Shown: positions 35,929-47,179, counted from the first letter of the stretch. The stretch: 64,000 nt of DNA from Tetramitus jugosus (GCA_937625935.1 OW569382.1:372001-436000), one strand, 5' to 3'. Program-made: numbers and translations. Notes: generated by a model from the sequence alone, not told the origin.

Positions 35929-36500
35929 TTTTAAAATACAACCAGTGGTTGAGCTGTTTAATCGTTGTCTCTTCTCGTTACACAAGGTAACTAGTATGAT
36001 TGTGACGCAGAATGCAGTCGCTGTTGAATTATTTTTGTTACCAGCTATCTTGTGAAGAGGCGATGCATCACCTCAACACATCTCCTCTTGGTGTTGTCCA
36101 CAAACTGCTTAGCTTTCATCTTGGCGACCTCTTTCTTGATTCCACTCTTCTTGAGCCCTTTGGCCACTTGTTTAACCGCAAATAGTCATTGATTGTTTTT
36201 CTCTGCTCGTTCATTATTCGTTTTCCATTGTACCACTGCTGGTTATCAAACCAAATGTCGACATATTGTGACTTGTGCAGATCCAGAGCTTAACTTTGTT
36301 ACCACCTCCGTTGAGAGCAATCCTGGCCATTCTGGATATCGGACAATTAATAAGACAGTGAATGACCGTCTCTTGTTCGAAATTGCACTTGGGACTCGTC
36401 GTGTCCATATCTTCCACATTGTTAGAGGTGCTTTATCACCACCTTGTTTGTGGCTGCGATATGGCCAGGTTACAGCTCAAAATCGGAAGGAGGACGAAAA
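35929..36500 (-). mobile_element. LINE copy G: old degenerate 3' fragment (boundaries approximate)
   Basis: Translates to KCNFEQETVIHCLINC and KKSG..FVDNTKRRC..HRLF, homologous to the ORF2 C-terminus. 3' CAAC/GTTG hairpin at 35939-51. Confidence 0.7.
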
Positions 36501-36528
36501 TGTGTTTTTAAACATTGTCAAAGTTTAA

Positions 36529-37327
36529 GTTTTTTTGTTTTTTTTAATACAACACGTAGTTGCTCACTTTATTGTGCATCATTCTTTCAAATAGTTTCTC
36601 TTATTCTCACTGTGCCGCTCGAAGAGCGGCACTTATCTTTCCTTTCAGTGACGCTCGGAGATTGAGACACAGCGTATCCATGTCCACTACTCCATAGAGA
36701 TGTTGGACAACGGCCTTTGTGTGTATTGTGTGACTTTTCACCTGAGCCACAAACCATTCCAGTGCACGATCGACCCTGAAAGGGCATCTCATAAATTTAA
36801 AATCTACAGCACCTCCTAAACACTTAGACTGTATCCACCAAACCTTCTCCTCTTTCACCCTATCTCTATGTCGTCGCAAGAAGACTCGCCACAGCTGTTC
36901 CTTCTCTACGACCTCAAAACTATCATTGTACATTAACCTTGGGGTAGTGTCGGTTGAATGCTCGTGATTTCCATTGCGCTGTAGCATTTCAAGATCACTT
37001 GTCAAGTACTTGTATCTGCGAGAACTAATCCCAAAATTTCCATGTCTTTTGACCAATTCGCTATGCCTGATCCACTTTCCACCCACTGTCAATTGACTCC
37101 TCAGACCTATTCCCACCTTGAACAACCTTTTGATGATGTCATTTGGCTGAGAGAGTGCCAGATTGCAACTCAGACAGTTAACTTCATTCCCACAAGAAAT
37201 AGTGAGGTGGTTGGTGTGCATACGGACAGCAGACCACTTAAGATAGCTATGTGCGACCAGCTCAATCCTGTTGTTGGATTGGAATACATTCTCTACCTGG
37301 AATGTTTGTAGATGCCTGCTGATAGAG
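36529..37327 (-). mobile_element. LINE copy B: 5'-truncated, divergent family; TSD TGTCAAAGTTTAA (36516-28 / 37328-40)
   Basis: VFQSNNRIELVAHSYLKW aligns with IFQSNNRLREAKHSYLVW of copy C. Has a poly(A) tail, 3' hairpin and 13-bp TSD. Confidence 0.85.
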
Positions 37328-37423
37328 TGTCAAAGTTTAATTTATTTATTTTTTTTTTCCATACAACGTTTGTTGCCACTTTATTCTATACACTACTGTG
37401 AGTCATGATTTCGCTCGGCACCG

Positions 37424-40400
37424 TTAGGTGACGAGCAGTGTTTCACTCCTCTGCGCGACAGAGTTAATATATATCTTGTATAGTGTCTTGGTGCACGACC
37501 TCTTGACTGAGTCAATGACCCTCCTTATCTTTTTCTCTGCTTTACTTCTCTTCTTGCCGGAGAGCTTCATTTCGTCCAGGAGCACCTCCTTGAAGTCTCC
37601 TTCCTGACCCATCAGTCCCTGCAGCGTACCTTCAGGTGTTCTCTTGACATTTCGTGGTTGTATCTTTCCACTTACATACAAAACATCCTCGAACCATATA
37701 GGGACCTTGATAGAGCCTGGCAGACTCAACTTGCCCAGTTTCTCCTTCAGCTCTTCAACCAACTTGCTTCTTGCTTCCCTTGCAGGTTCGCACTCCACTA
37801 GCAGATGCACTATGGTTTCTGGAGCTTTGCAACAGTGTGTGCAAGTGACATCTATCAGTGGATTATACAGCATTCGAATACCAGTTCTTGTATGGAGAGT
37901 TCCACTCCTCACCTGATGATAGAACCACATTTCCTTTCTTTCGAGACCAAATGGGCACTTGAGAAAGTTATTCCACTCCTTGTCTTGCTGCAATGCAGCT
38001 TCCAACCACCATTCCGCGCGCTTTGAGATAATTTCACTCCTTATTGTTGAGAAATGATCAGTCAACTCCTTCCTGATGTCATTCCCAACAATCTCCCTAT
38101 CGCTGACAGTCACTAAGACCTTTTGCTGCACGACTCTTTGAGCAATCCACTTTTCATCGCATGGTTTACCGAGCAGTTCCATATAGGCACGAATTCTCAT
38201 GTACTTTTTTGTGCCAATACCAACCATCTTAAACTTTGACTTCGCTTCTTTGTAGGGTATTGTCATGATACCATCCTCATCAAAAAGCTGATGGTTCTTA
38301 AAAATCCCACTACCCCGGAGTAGCCTTGCATCGCCGGTGGGAAGGCACCAACCAACGCTGCACCTCTCGCATTCGTGACAATCATCGGTCGTGACTGTTA
38401 TACCAGAGCAATGGAGTAGTTTGGCGCACCAAACAAGATATGTGTGCTTCGCCTCACGGAGGCGGATATTGGATTTGAAGATGCTCGTTCGTATGAGCGT
38501 TTGTGATTGCTTGACATCATCAAGCGTATCCAATAGTAGCTTCCGTGCTTCAGTATCTCTCTTACCCGTCAGCATTCCCGCAATGAATGCCGTGACTTTT
38601 GAGGTTAGACTTTCCTTGAAATTGTTCAAACCAATTCCTCCCTGATCTCTCACCACTGCTAACAACTCGGAAGGGAACCTCTTAAGAGCAGCCGAACCAT
38701 GTTTGACGGCCTTTCGGCCGATCCCTTCGATCTCATTGAGCCATTTCTTTGGCCAGTGAGTAAACTCCGATGCGTAAAGGAACACTGGGTGCACACATGT
38801 GTTAACGATACGTGCTGTTTGAGCAGGGCTCAACTTGAGGAACTTGGCACGGTTCAGAATTTTCAGTACCTTCAATTTTGCTTGTTTCTTTTGCATTTCG
38901 GTATCACCATTGAGATTGGTGAACAAACCGAGAGCCCTGAAAACAGATTCTTTGTTCTTAGCTATCACTAGTTTGTCTGATACCCTAATCTCAGGCATTC
39001 CACCCTCCGCTTTTCTAACAAAGAACTCCAATTTGTCAGGATGCATAGTCAGACCCAAGCACTTGAGCACCTTGTGCATAGCATTCGCTGTATCCTCTAT
39101 GTCTTTAAGGCTTCCACTGAACAAGTTGCAGTCATCAACATATGCAACATTCCATATCCTTTGGGACATGGTCTGATCTTGCTCTCATTCCAGCATAGAG
39201 AAGTGCCAGTTGGTGCACTATCACATAAGATGTTGGTGACAAGGAGTCACCTTGTCTGGTGCCCCTGTCTATGTAGATTCTCCGAGACCTCACTTGAGTT
39301 CCAATCGTTGCCTCGTTTGCCTCGAGCATATTCTGAACGAGAGAGATGATACCCTCTGGGAAATTGAAGAAGCGATATGCAGCTGTGATCGCGTTATGTG
39401 GCACACTGTCGAATGCTTTGGATATGTCAGTAAGGAGAACGAAAAGCTGTTCATCCTTCCTGTTGGCGTGGTCGATAACGCCTCTGATGATAGATAGTTT
39501 CTCACGTATGTCCCTCAATTTGCGACCACCACCCTGTGTGTTACTGAACACACCTGCTTTTTCGGCGGCCATTGCCACCCTATGATTGAGCAATCTTGTG
39601 AAGACCTTCGACAGACTGCTCAATAGACAAATAGGTCTGTAGTTGGCAATGATCGAAGGACAACCCTTCTTGTAGGCAGGGACGAGTATGCACTTCTTCC
39701 AACTGCTTGGGAAAACACCAGTTTGCACTATGTTGTTAAAAAGTGTCACCAGAGCCTCCGCAAAATCGTATCCATAGTCCCTTTGCTTCGTCTTTTGGAG
39801 CTTCAGCATCTCGTTGCACACTCTATCAACACCCGGTGCTTTACCGTTCCTTAGCCATTTCACTGACTGTTGTATCTCTACTGCTGTGAACATTGGAAAC
39901 CACTGTTCCATGTTACTAGCATTGAAAGTCATTTCGCTCAGGAAATTCATGTCAGCAAACTCATGTTCGAACACCTCCTCGAAATACTTCGCTGCATGCT
40001 CGGCCACTTTCACCTGGTCAGTGACTATGGTGTCATGGAGCTTGAAACTTTTGAATCTTATCCTCATTGACCTTTTGCCGGTGGCAGCATTGAAGAAAAA
40101 CCGAGGATCCACAAACTCGGTGGTCCTAGCCTTGTATAGCCACTTTACAAATCTCTTGTTGGCTCTCCTAGCTCTTTCACCATGTATAAGCTTCTCCACT
40201 TTCGCCAGAGCAGTAAGGATTCCAAATTGACTGCTTTCTTCTCCGTACGCATGGCAAATTCTCACAACTTTGCTAGTCAACATCGACCCCTGTTTGGAGA
40301 CTTTCTCCACAAGAGCCTCTCTCTCTTTCATCCATCTTCTTACCCTTCTGTTGTCAATCCCTCTGGTCATCACTTTGTTCTCAGGGAAGACTTTTGCACC

Positions 40401-41276
40401 ATCCGTGATAGCACTAGTGATTTTCTCACACTGTTCATCAACCGAGAGATCCTCAAATTTGATCCTCTCGAGACTGTCAATTACAGACTGCGAGTAGGTA
40501 TTCCAGGACAGGTGACATCTCTTTGGGAACCTTGTCCTCGGCTCCTGCGGTATCTCAATACCATCCTTTACCCACTGGAGCTTCACCATAGTAGGGATAT
40601 GATCACTATACACACCATTCTTTGCATATGGGAGAACGTCCTTCACTACTTCAGAAGCAGATGGATTGACCCAAACAGAGTCTATCCTCGAGGAATATTG
40701 ATTCCTGAAAAAGGTATGAAAGTCCTCCTTGCTTGCAACCGAGTTGGCACTCATGAGCTGCAGCCCCTCAATCAGTGCTCTAAAGTGAGCACTGTTAGCA
40801 TCCAACTTTCTCGTGCTTCTATCAGTGGTCATCGTCACGGTGTTATGATCACCTCCAAGGATTAGCTTTCCCCTGTACGCTAACACTCTCAAAACTTCAT
40901 TTGTTGCCACATAATGATGCCCTCCGATTGCTTCTTTATGGAGGCCATAGTGGTTTACCAACTTCACACTCAGTTCACCACTTGCAACCTCGATCACTTG
41001 CACTCTATCATTGGAGAACAGCACCCTGTACTCTTGAACGCTAGTACGGCGTACTATTGCCATTACTCTATCTGTAACATCATTGCAGATCAGCATACAC
41101 CCCACCATCTCAAGCTGTCTGGAAAAAGAGGTTTTGAATCCCTCGTTCCTGCAACTTGCTTCCTGCAACATTAGAACATCAACTTCCGGGCTTGACTCTA
41201 AAAAGGCTACAACACCACTTCTTTTGTTTTTGAGTCCCCTGATGTTGTACCACACGACGTTTAAGGTCGTACTCAT
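37424..41276 (-). pseudogene. ORF2 endonuclease/reverse transcriptase, one frameshift near 39170-39220
   Basis: APE motifs YNIRGL, LQEA, GDHN, SRID and SDH. RT motifs KAPGVD, YRPICLL, DISKAFDSV, GTRQGDSLSP and YVDD. C-terminal CTHC..ETIVHLLVEC. No RNase H seen. Confidence 0.93.
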
Positions 41277-42281
41277 TGTTGGAGCAGTTCACCCTCGTCA
41301 TTGTTCTCAACAATGGGTTGAGTCTTATTGACATACATTGTACCTCCAGGAGAGCCTGTTAGAACTACCTTGCTCTGAGTCTGAACATCCTCCAGCTCAT
41401 TTGCTACTCTTTTTGTCCCTCTTCTGCCACCGCTTCTTGCAGTATAGTCGGTCAGCTTAGTTTGACCTTTTTCCTTGCCCACAACAGTGCGCCTCCCCTT
41501 AGTTTGTGCTACTGGTGTACTCATCATTTGCTCGTCACTCTCTGAATTCAGAGCCTCGACATCACCCATTTCCGAAACTGGATCTGGAACCGATTTTTCT
41601 CCTCTATCAACGCCACTCAAAAGTTTGCTAACCCTCTGTCTCATTTTCATCATTTCGGCCTTAAGTGCACGAATTTCTTCAACACTTCTCGCATAGTGAT
41701 CCATGATATTGTTCAGTTCACTCTGTAGCTGATTCACATTTCTCTTCAATTGCTCGATAGGATCTTGAGTACGGTGAACGTACTTTCTCGTTGTTGTATT
41801 GTCCATCGGAGTTATGCCAAGTAATACCTCAGCGAAGCTAGGTCGCCGAATTGCCTCTCAGTTCGACTCCGCATACATTGTCACGTCCAGCCCATTTTAT
41901 AATCTCCTCAACACTGGATTTACCGGCTCCCACCAGCACCACGTCATGCGTGGCCCTCATACGGCTGTTCGGAGCAGCTTGTGCACCGTTCAACATATTT
42001 CTGCAGTTGAACCATTCAATAAATTCCCACACTTTGTCATTTGTTGGGACTATCCAGGCTCTAAAATATTCACCCTTTCTGCTCACTTGCACTCTCTCCA
42101 CCCTTTCACTGCAACCATGTACAATTTTGTTGACCAAAGCTTCATTGGTAACATTGTTGCATTTGCCAGAAACAACAACCTCCTTTCTCTTGACTGCTGC
42201 ATCCTTGCTGATTTTTGTCCATAAAACAAATTCCTTTCTGCGTATAACTACCGCCTGTACTGACGGTCCTTGTGTAGACAT
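41273..42281 (-). pseudogene. ORF1 of LINE A (N-terminal alpha/beta domain + coiled coil), frameshift near 41850
   Basis: ATG at 42281 (MSTQG), 22 nt inside the 5' end. The second part (41806-41273) contains a coiled coil, and its TGA overlaps the ORF2 ATG (ATGA). Confidence 0.75.
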
Positions 42282-42347
42282 GTGTTCGCGTTTTTTGCTT
42301 TTTTCAAAGTTTAATTTATATACTTTCGGAGATTTTTTAAAGCATAA

Positions 42348-42444
42348 TCCCATATAGTCTAGCTGGTTAGGATATCCGGCTTTCACTTCCAAGCTGAAAT
42401 GCAAAAGTCCCCGGAAGACCCGGGTTCGAGTCCCGGTATGGGAG
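42348..42444 (+). tRNA. tRNA-Glu(TTC) with 24-nt intron (42386-42409)
   Basis: Acceptor stem TCCCATA/TATGGGA, A box TAGTCTAGCTGG, anticodon stem TCCGG-CTTTCA[intron]C-CCGGA, B box GGTTCGAGTCCC, and TTTTT terminator at 42448. Confidence 0.95.
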
Positions 42445-42459
42445 ATCTTTTTCTTGAAC

Positions 42460-42835
42460 CGGCTGCTGTTTTGAATGGTTTCTCTCTGCGACCTCCTTCG
42501 TCATTCTATTCATTCGCTACTTGCTTCGTAGCTCGTTTCTACTCCCAACATACCAAGCATGTACCGTTGCACCATTGCAGTGTATTGCTCTTGATCTGTC
42601 CATCAGCATGCTTGAGCCACTTTCCTTCTTTAACCAACTGAGCCATCACACAAGTACCAATCAGAAATGCTTAACAGTCTCTTCGGTTGAGACAGAGTAC
42701 AACGAAGTCAGTTGTTCTACTTCCCATAGGAAATAGACAAGTAGTTGATCACATGTGGACTACTGCATTACAACTGTTACTAGATTCCTTCACCAATTGT
42801 GTTGAAGCACAGACATGTGTTCTGCTTTTTACTTT
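42460..42835 (-). mobile_element. LINE remnant F: old 5' end only (left boundary uncertain)
   Basis: Minus strand AAAAAGTAAAAAGCAGAACACATGTCT matches the copy A 5' end AAAAAGCAAAAAACGCGAACACATGTCT; the downstream frame has stops. Confidence 0.55.
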
Positions 42836-42846
42836 TTAGACTTATA

Positions 42847-44217
42847 TTTTTTTTCCATACAACAGTTGTTGCCACTTTATTCAATACACTACTATGAGAC
42901 ATGTCGTCGCTCAGAACCGCAGGTTCTGAGCTATTGTGCAGATCTCTTCGCTAGCGAGTCTTTCCAGACTTTATACATTCGTTTGATGCAAGATCTTTTC
43001 ATTGCATTTACCAATCTTTTCACTTTTGTTTCCCGCTTCTTGCGGCTATATACTACTATTTCCTTCATCAGTACCTCCTTCTGGTCCTCCTCTTTACCCA
43101 TTAGTCCTGCCAGCAGCTCTTCCGATGTTCGACTGGGGTAGCATTTTGCCATCATCGTACACCGCATTGTCAAACCAGAGATTGAGCTTGGCTGGTCTCA
43201 TAAACTCCAGTTTGTTCAATGAAACCTTGAATTCTTCCACTAGTTCGCTTCTTGCTCTTTTGGCTTCTTCACACTCCACCAAGAGGTGTAGTATCGTCTC
43301 CGGTTCACTCTTGCAATGAGCACGCATGGTTTCCATCAGTGGTTCATACAGGTCTCGTACTACAGTCTTTGTGTGCAAGTCCGGTGATAAAACCACAACT
43401 CACCTCTTTCTAGACCGAAAGGGCACTTCAAAACCTCATTCCACTCCTTATCCTTCTGCAGGTCAGCTTCTAGCTTCCAGTTTCCATCTGATTCTTACTT
43501 GCGCGAAATATTCCATCAAACCTTCTCTTACATTGGGGTTACTGAGAACAATGCCATCTGCCGTCACTTCTACGGCATCTTTCATTGCTCTCTGCGTCCT
43601 CCATCTTTCGTCACATGGTTTTCCAAGGAGCTCCATGTAGGCCTTTATCCTAGAGTACCTTGCAGGACCGACTCCTTTCAGCTTGAACTTCTTCTTGGCC
43701 TCCTCCAGTTTAATGACCATTATTCCATCCTCATCGAACAGTTGTAAGTTTTTCGTGATTCCACTCTTCAAGAGCAGCTTGGCATCTCCTGAGGGGAGAT
43801 GCCAACCGATGCTGCACTTCTCGCATTCGTGACCACTCTTTTGGCTTACGATTACCTCCGCACTGTGGAGGAGTTTGGCGCACCATACCAAGTATGAATG
43901 CTTGGCCTCACGAAGACGATTGTTGGATTGGAAAATGCTCGACCGAATGAGCGTTTGTGTGTGCTTGACGTCATCAAGCGTATCCAACAGAAGTGTTCGT
44001 GCTTCAGTGTCTCTTTTTCCATGCAGCATCCCAGCGATGAACGCTGATATCTTGGACGTAAGACTCACTCTGAAATCATTGAGCCCTATTCCTCCTTTGT
44101 CCCTCTCTACTGATAGCAACATTGAGGGGAATCTCTTCATGGCATTTGATCCATGCTTCACTACCTTGCGACCAATACCTTCTATCTCGTTCATCCACTT
44201 CGTAGGCCAGTGGGCTT
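42847..44217 (-). mobile_element. LINE copy C: 5'-truncated, degenerate, related to A; TSD TTAGACTTATA
   Basis: ORF2 C-terminal homology (GMLHGKRDTEARTLLLDTLDDVK; ETILHLLVEC), poly(A), 3' hairpin; TTAGACTTATA at 42836 recurs at 47167 and 47692. Confidence 0.9.
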
Positions 44218-44837
44218 TTTTTTTTTAATACAACAAATGGTTGCGGAACTTTTATTTTTCTTTTACGTGAGAGCAGGCTTGCCTGCTCTCAATTGTCTAA
44301 CATGATGTGGTGCTTGCCCAGTGGAGTGGCAGGCCTACGCAACAGGATTCATTCTCTTCTTGGAATGTTGTTTTGATCCCTTCTTCAGGGATTCGTTGCG
44401 AGGGCCTCCACTACCATCTGGAGCACCACTGGTGAGGTCAGATGGCTCCGTAGTCCTAGCCAGTTGGTAGGACCTATGGAGAGCACCTGATTTGATACTG
44501 GCCAACCTGGCCGGGATCTTGTTGGCAGCAGTGTCACCAACGGTGACACGTGCTGATCGCTTCTTGTGTTCGTTGAGTTGGGGACTCTGTAACTCACAGT
44601 CGGGATTACTGAGATCCAACTCAACTGGATCTTCTTCGGTGGTTGTGCTTCTTGCACGGTCCACCATGATTGCTCGGGCAGCAATCTCTTTCTTGGCTTT
44701 CTTGAACACCTCTGAGGTGTTCAATACTAGCTCGAGGATTGCTCTGTTACGAGCATCCTCATCAATGGTGTTGTTGGTTGGCTCGGAGTCGTAGGTTCGA
44801 ATTCGGAGATTCGCTCCGGCGTCCTTGGGCGGAGTTA

Positions 44838-47062
44838 TTTGCAAATAAATTCGAGTGTATTTGTGCCGAGCCCTAACCAAGAGGAACTGCACCAAGCAGC
44901 AAGGAGGTCATCATCACTGGAAAGTGTGAGGGGGAGCCAAGAAGATTGGCTTGGATTTTGGTGATTTGCTCACCAGGGTCCAAGTCATCAAGAAGGGCCC
45001 CAAGAGGTTTGTTGCGTGGGTAACTCTTGCTACTAAAGACATAACCGGATAAAATTGTTGATTATCCCTCCACCATTCCAATGAAAATTCCAAATTTGTT
45101 TTTTCTTTGCTGGATCCAGTTTTGTAATATCTGTCAACGTCGGACGCTGCCTTGTTTGTCTCAATGCTTCGAAGGGTATATTGATTCAAACTATAATCCG
45201 AACTCGGTGGTGAATCATCTATACCTTCCTCTTCTAAATCTTCAACATTATATTCCAATTTGATTCTTTCGATGACTTCTCTTGTCAAAAATAATCTATC
45301 ATTTTGATTTAAATGTTTGTCTATCCATATAGACTTTGTTCTAGGATCTAATGTAGCTGTTATATAGTAAACAAGACTACTATCCATCAGAGAATAGTAT
45401 TTATCATACTTCTTCTTACCTAACTTCACTGCATTCACCAAATCATCGGTCAAATTTGCAAATTTCTTCCTTTTGCCGATCACATCATTTAACAAGTCAT
45501 GAAGAGCATAATATACTGCTAGTGAATTAACAATCTGTGGTTTCTGAGTTGATAAAAAGTTTGTAAAGTCGTCAAACGTTTTCAGAAGCACCCTCAAGTT
45601 TGTTAGCTGTATCCAGTCATCACTTGATAATAAAAGGTCAGGGACCAAATCCGTTGCATATCGATTCAACTCACTAGGGAAACGAAATACATCGTCAATC
45701 ATTTTGAATGTAGAATTCCACCGAGTATCGACATCATAGTCAATGAGCTTTTTTTGTTGATCAGATGTAACCAATTCCAACCACTTGTTTTTTCTTTGCG
45801 TACTTCCTCTGATATACAATGCCATTGTTCTTATTTTCATGATAGCACTCAGAGAACCAACTTTCTCATTTTTCATCAACTTTTTGATTGCATCCTCAGA
45901 GTCTTTCCGAGCTCCAGCTTTGATGACAGTCATTATCGCTTTTACAACCAAATTGATTATGTGTGCAAGACAACGAATGAGACTTTCAGTTCCTTGATAT
46001 CAGATTGTTCGATCGTGTCTACCCCTCAATGCTGTTTTCAGGGAAGAAACAAGGGAACCCGAAAGTGTGTCATTGTTTTTTGCATTGTCTGATGTGATGG
46101 TTAGTAGTTTGGTTAGTAAATCTAATTCATTAAGCGTTTCAATGACATGTTCCGCAATATTGGATCCTGTATGGCAGCCTTGGATGGATTTAAAATCAAG
46201 TACGCGCTGATAAAGTTCAAATTCAGGGCCAATCCATGAACCAATGATACCAATAAATGAATTGTTGTGTGGGCTAGTCCAAGCATCAACGGAAATCGCA
46301 ATTGAATTGCATGTAGAAAGTAGAAAGTGTTTCAACTGTTCTCTTGAGTTCTTGAACTCTGATTCAACTAACGTTTTCAATTTCTTGGCCGATATCAGCA
46401 TGTTCAACTCCATTGTTCGAAAATAAATGTTTTAGATATGGACTTTCGGTAAAACAGAATGGAAGATTCTCCATAACAATTAAGCGTACAATATCTAGAC
46501 AGAACTGTTTTTTCTTGTCCATAATTAACTCAGGTGTTGAAATACTGCTTTCGTTGACCATTTTATCTCGATGGTCTCTTTCAAGGTGCCTGTGCATATT
46601 GCTGGTTGAGTTGTGACGGCAACTCTCCAGTACAGACCAAGTATCACAGTAATTGCATTTGATTATTTGGTCATTTTCTTTTCCACCATCTCTATTTATC
46701 GGTGATACCGAAAAATGCTTCCAAACCGAACTTCTTCTTTGATTCTTGTTTGTGTTTCTTGACTTGTTTTTCTTTGCTGCTGCGTTGGTTAGTTCCTGCA
46801 ATAACTCTTGATCAATATGTGCGATATCTTCGTATTCTTGAATATCATCATCCTCTTCGGGGTCCATTTGACTATAGTCATGCTGAATGCGGCGTCTCTT
46901 GTGGCTATTTTCCTCTTGATTCATTTTTGTTATTTGCGAATCACTCGAGTTTTTTCGAATTTGAATTTGTTTTTGGGTGTGTGAAAATTTCAATTTGAAC
47001 CTGTTTTTGAATTTGACTGATTCGTTTATTCGCGAGTTTACTCGAACTTGTGCCGAGCCCTA
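44838..47062 (-). mobile_element. hAT DNA transposon (defective), TIR TAGGGCTCGGCACAA, 8-bp TSD CTCTTGGT; one end inverted
   Basis: TIR at 47048-62 followed by CTCTTGGT. A second TIR at 44861-75 is followed by ACCAAGAG, the reverse complement of the TSD. Confidence 0.88.
45021..46924 (-). pseudogene. hAT transposase with BED zinc finger; two frameshifts, C-terminally truncated
   Basis: Motifs SSVWKHF..CNYC..TSNMHRHLERDH, SVDAWTS, TSDNAKN, RCLAHII, TRWNST and WWR..YPVMSLVAR; final Glu motif absent. Confidence 0.9.
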
Positions 47063-47179
47063 CTCTTGGTGCTGTGGTCCACATATCATAGCGTGGATTC
47101 TCATACTCACGAACAACAGGGGGTGTGTGTTCGTTTTTTTATCGGCGTTTTTGGTCAGTGGGCTTCTTAGACTTATAGT

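Larger units (their letters stand above)
37346..42303 (-). mobile_element. LINE copy A: full-length (~4.96 kb) APE-type non-LTR retrotransposon; TSD TCAAAGTTTAATTTAT (37330-45 / 42304-19)
   Basis: ORF1 + ORF2 (APE-RT-CCHC), poly(A) tail and 16-bp TSD; 5' end lies 44 bp upstream of tRNA-Glu. Confidence 0.95.
44218..47155 (-). mobile_element. LINE-derived non-autonomous ORF1-only element D (~0.85 kb without insert), interrupted by a hAT transposon; TSD CAGTGGGCTT
   Basis: Poly(A) and 3' hairpin at 44218-43. A-like 5' end. Reconstructed WTTAPRGTAPSSKEVIITGKC..RVQVIKKG..FVAWV aligns with ORF1 of A. TSD at 44208-17 / 47156-65. Confidence 0.8.

Noticed and set aside
36440-36500. Possible tRNA remnant (GGCCAGGTTACAGCTC)
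   Set aside because: No cloverleaf or B box; the minus strand fits degenerate LINE ORF2 sequence.
39135-39230. Programmed frameshift within ORF2
   Set aside because: It falls between RT motifs QGDSLSP and YVDD with no slippery site and degraded sequence; more likely an inactivating indel or sequencing error.
37424-41276. RT as retron, DGR, group II intron or telomerase
   Set aside because: The N-terminal APE domain, CCHC tail, poly(A) and TSDs identify a non-LTR retrotransposon.
41838-42404. 188-aa ORF starting at 42404
   Set aside because: Its first 41 codons run antisense through tRNA-Glu and the TSD; the element's ORF1 starts at 42281.
44335-44895. 186-aa ORF as an independent gene
   Set aside because: Chimera: the N-terminus comes from the inverted hAT TIR segment and the rest is the ORF1 C-terminus of element D.
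44914-45020. C-terminal extension of the hAT transposase ORF (THATNLLG...)
   Set aside because: Antisense read-through into inverted element D sequence.
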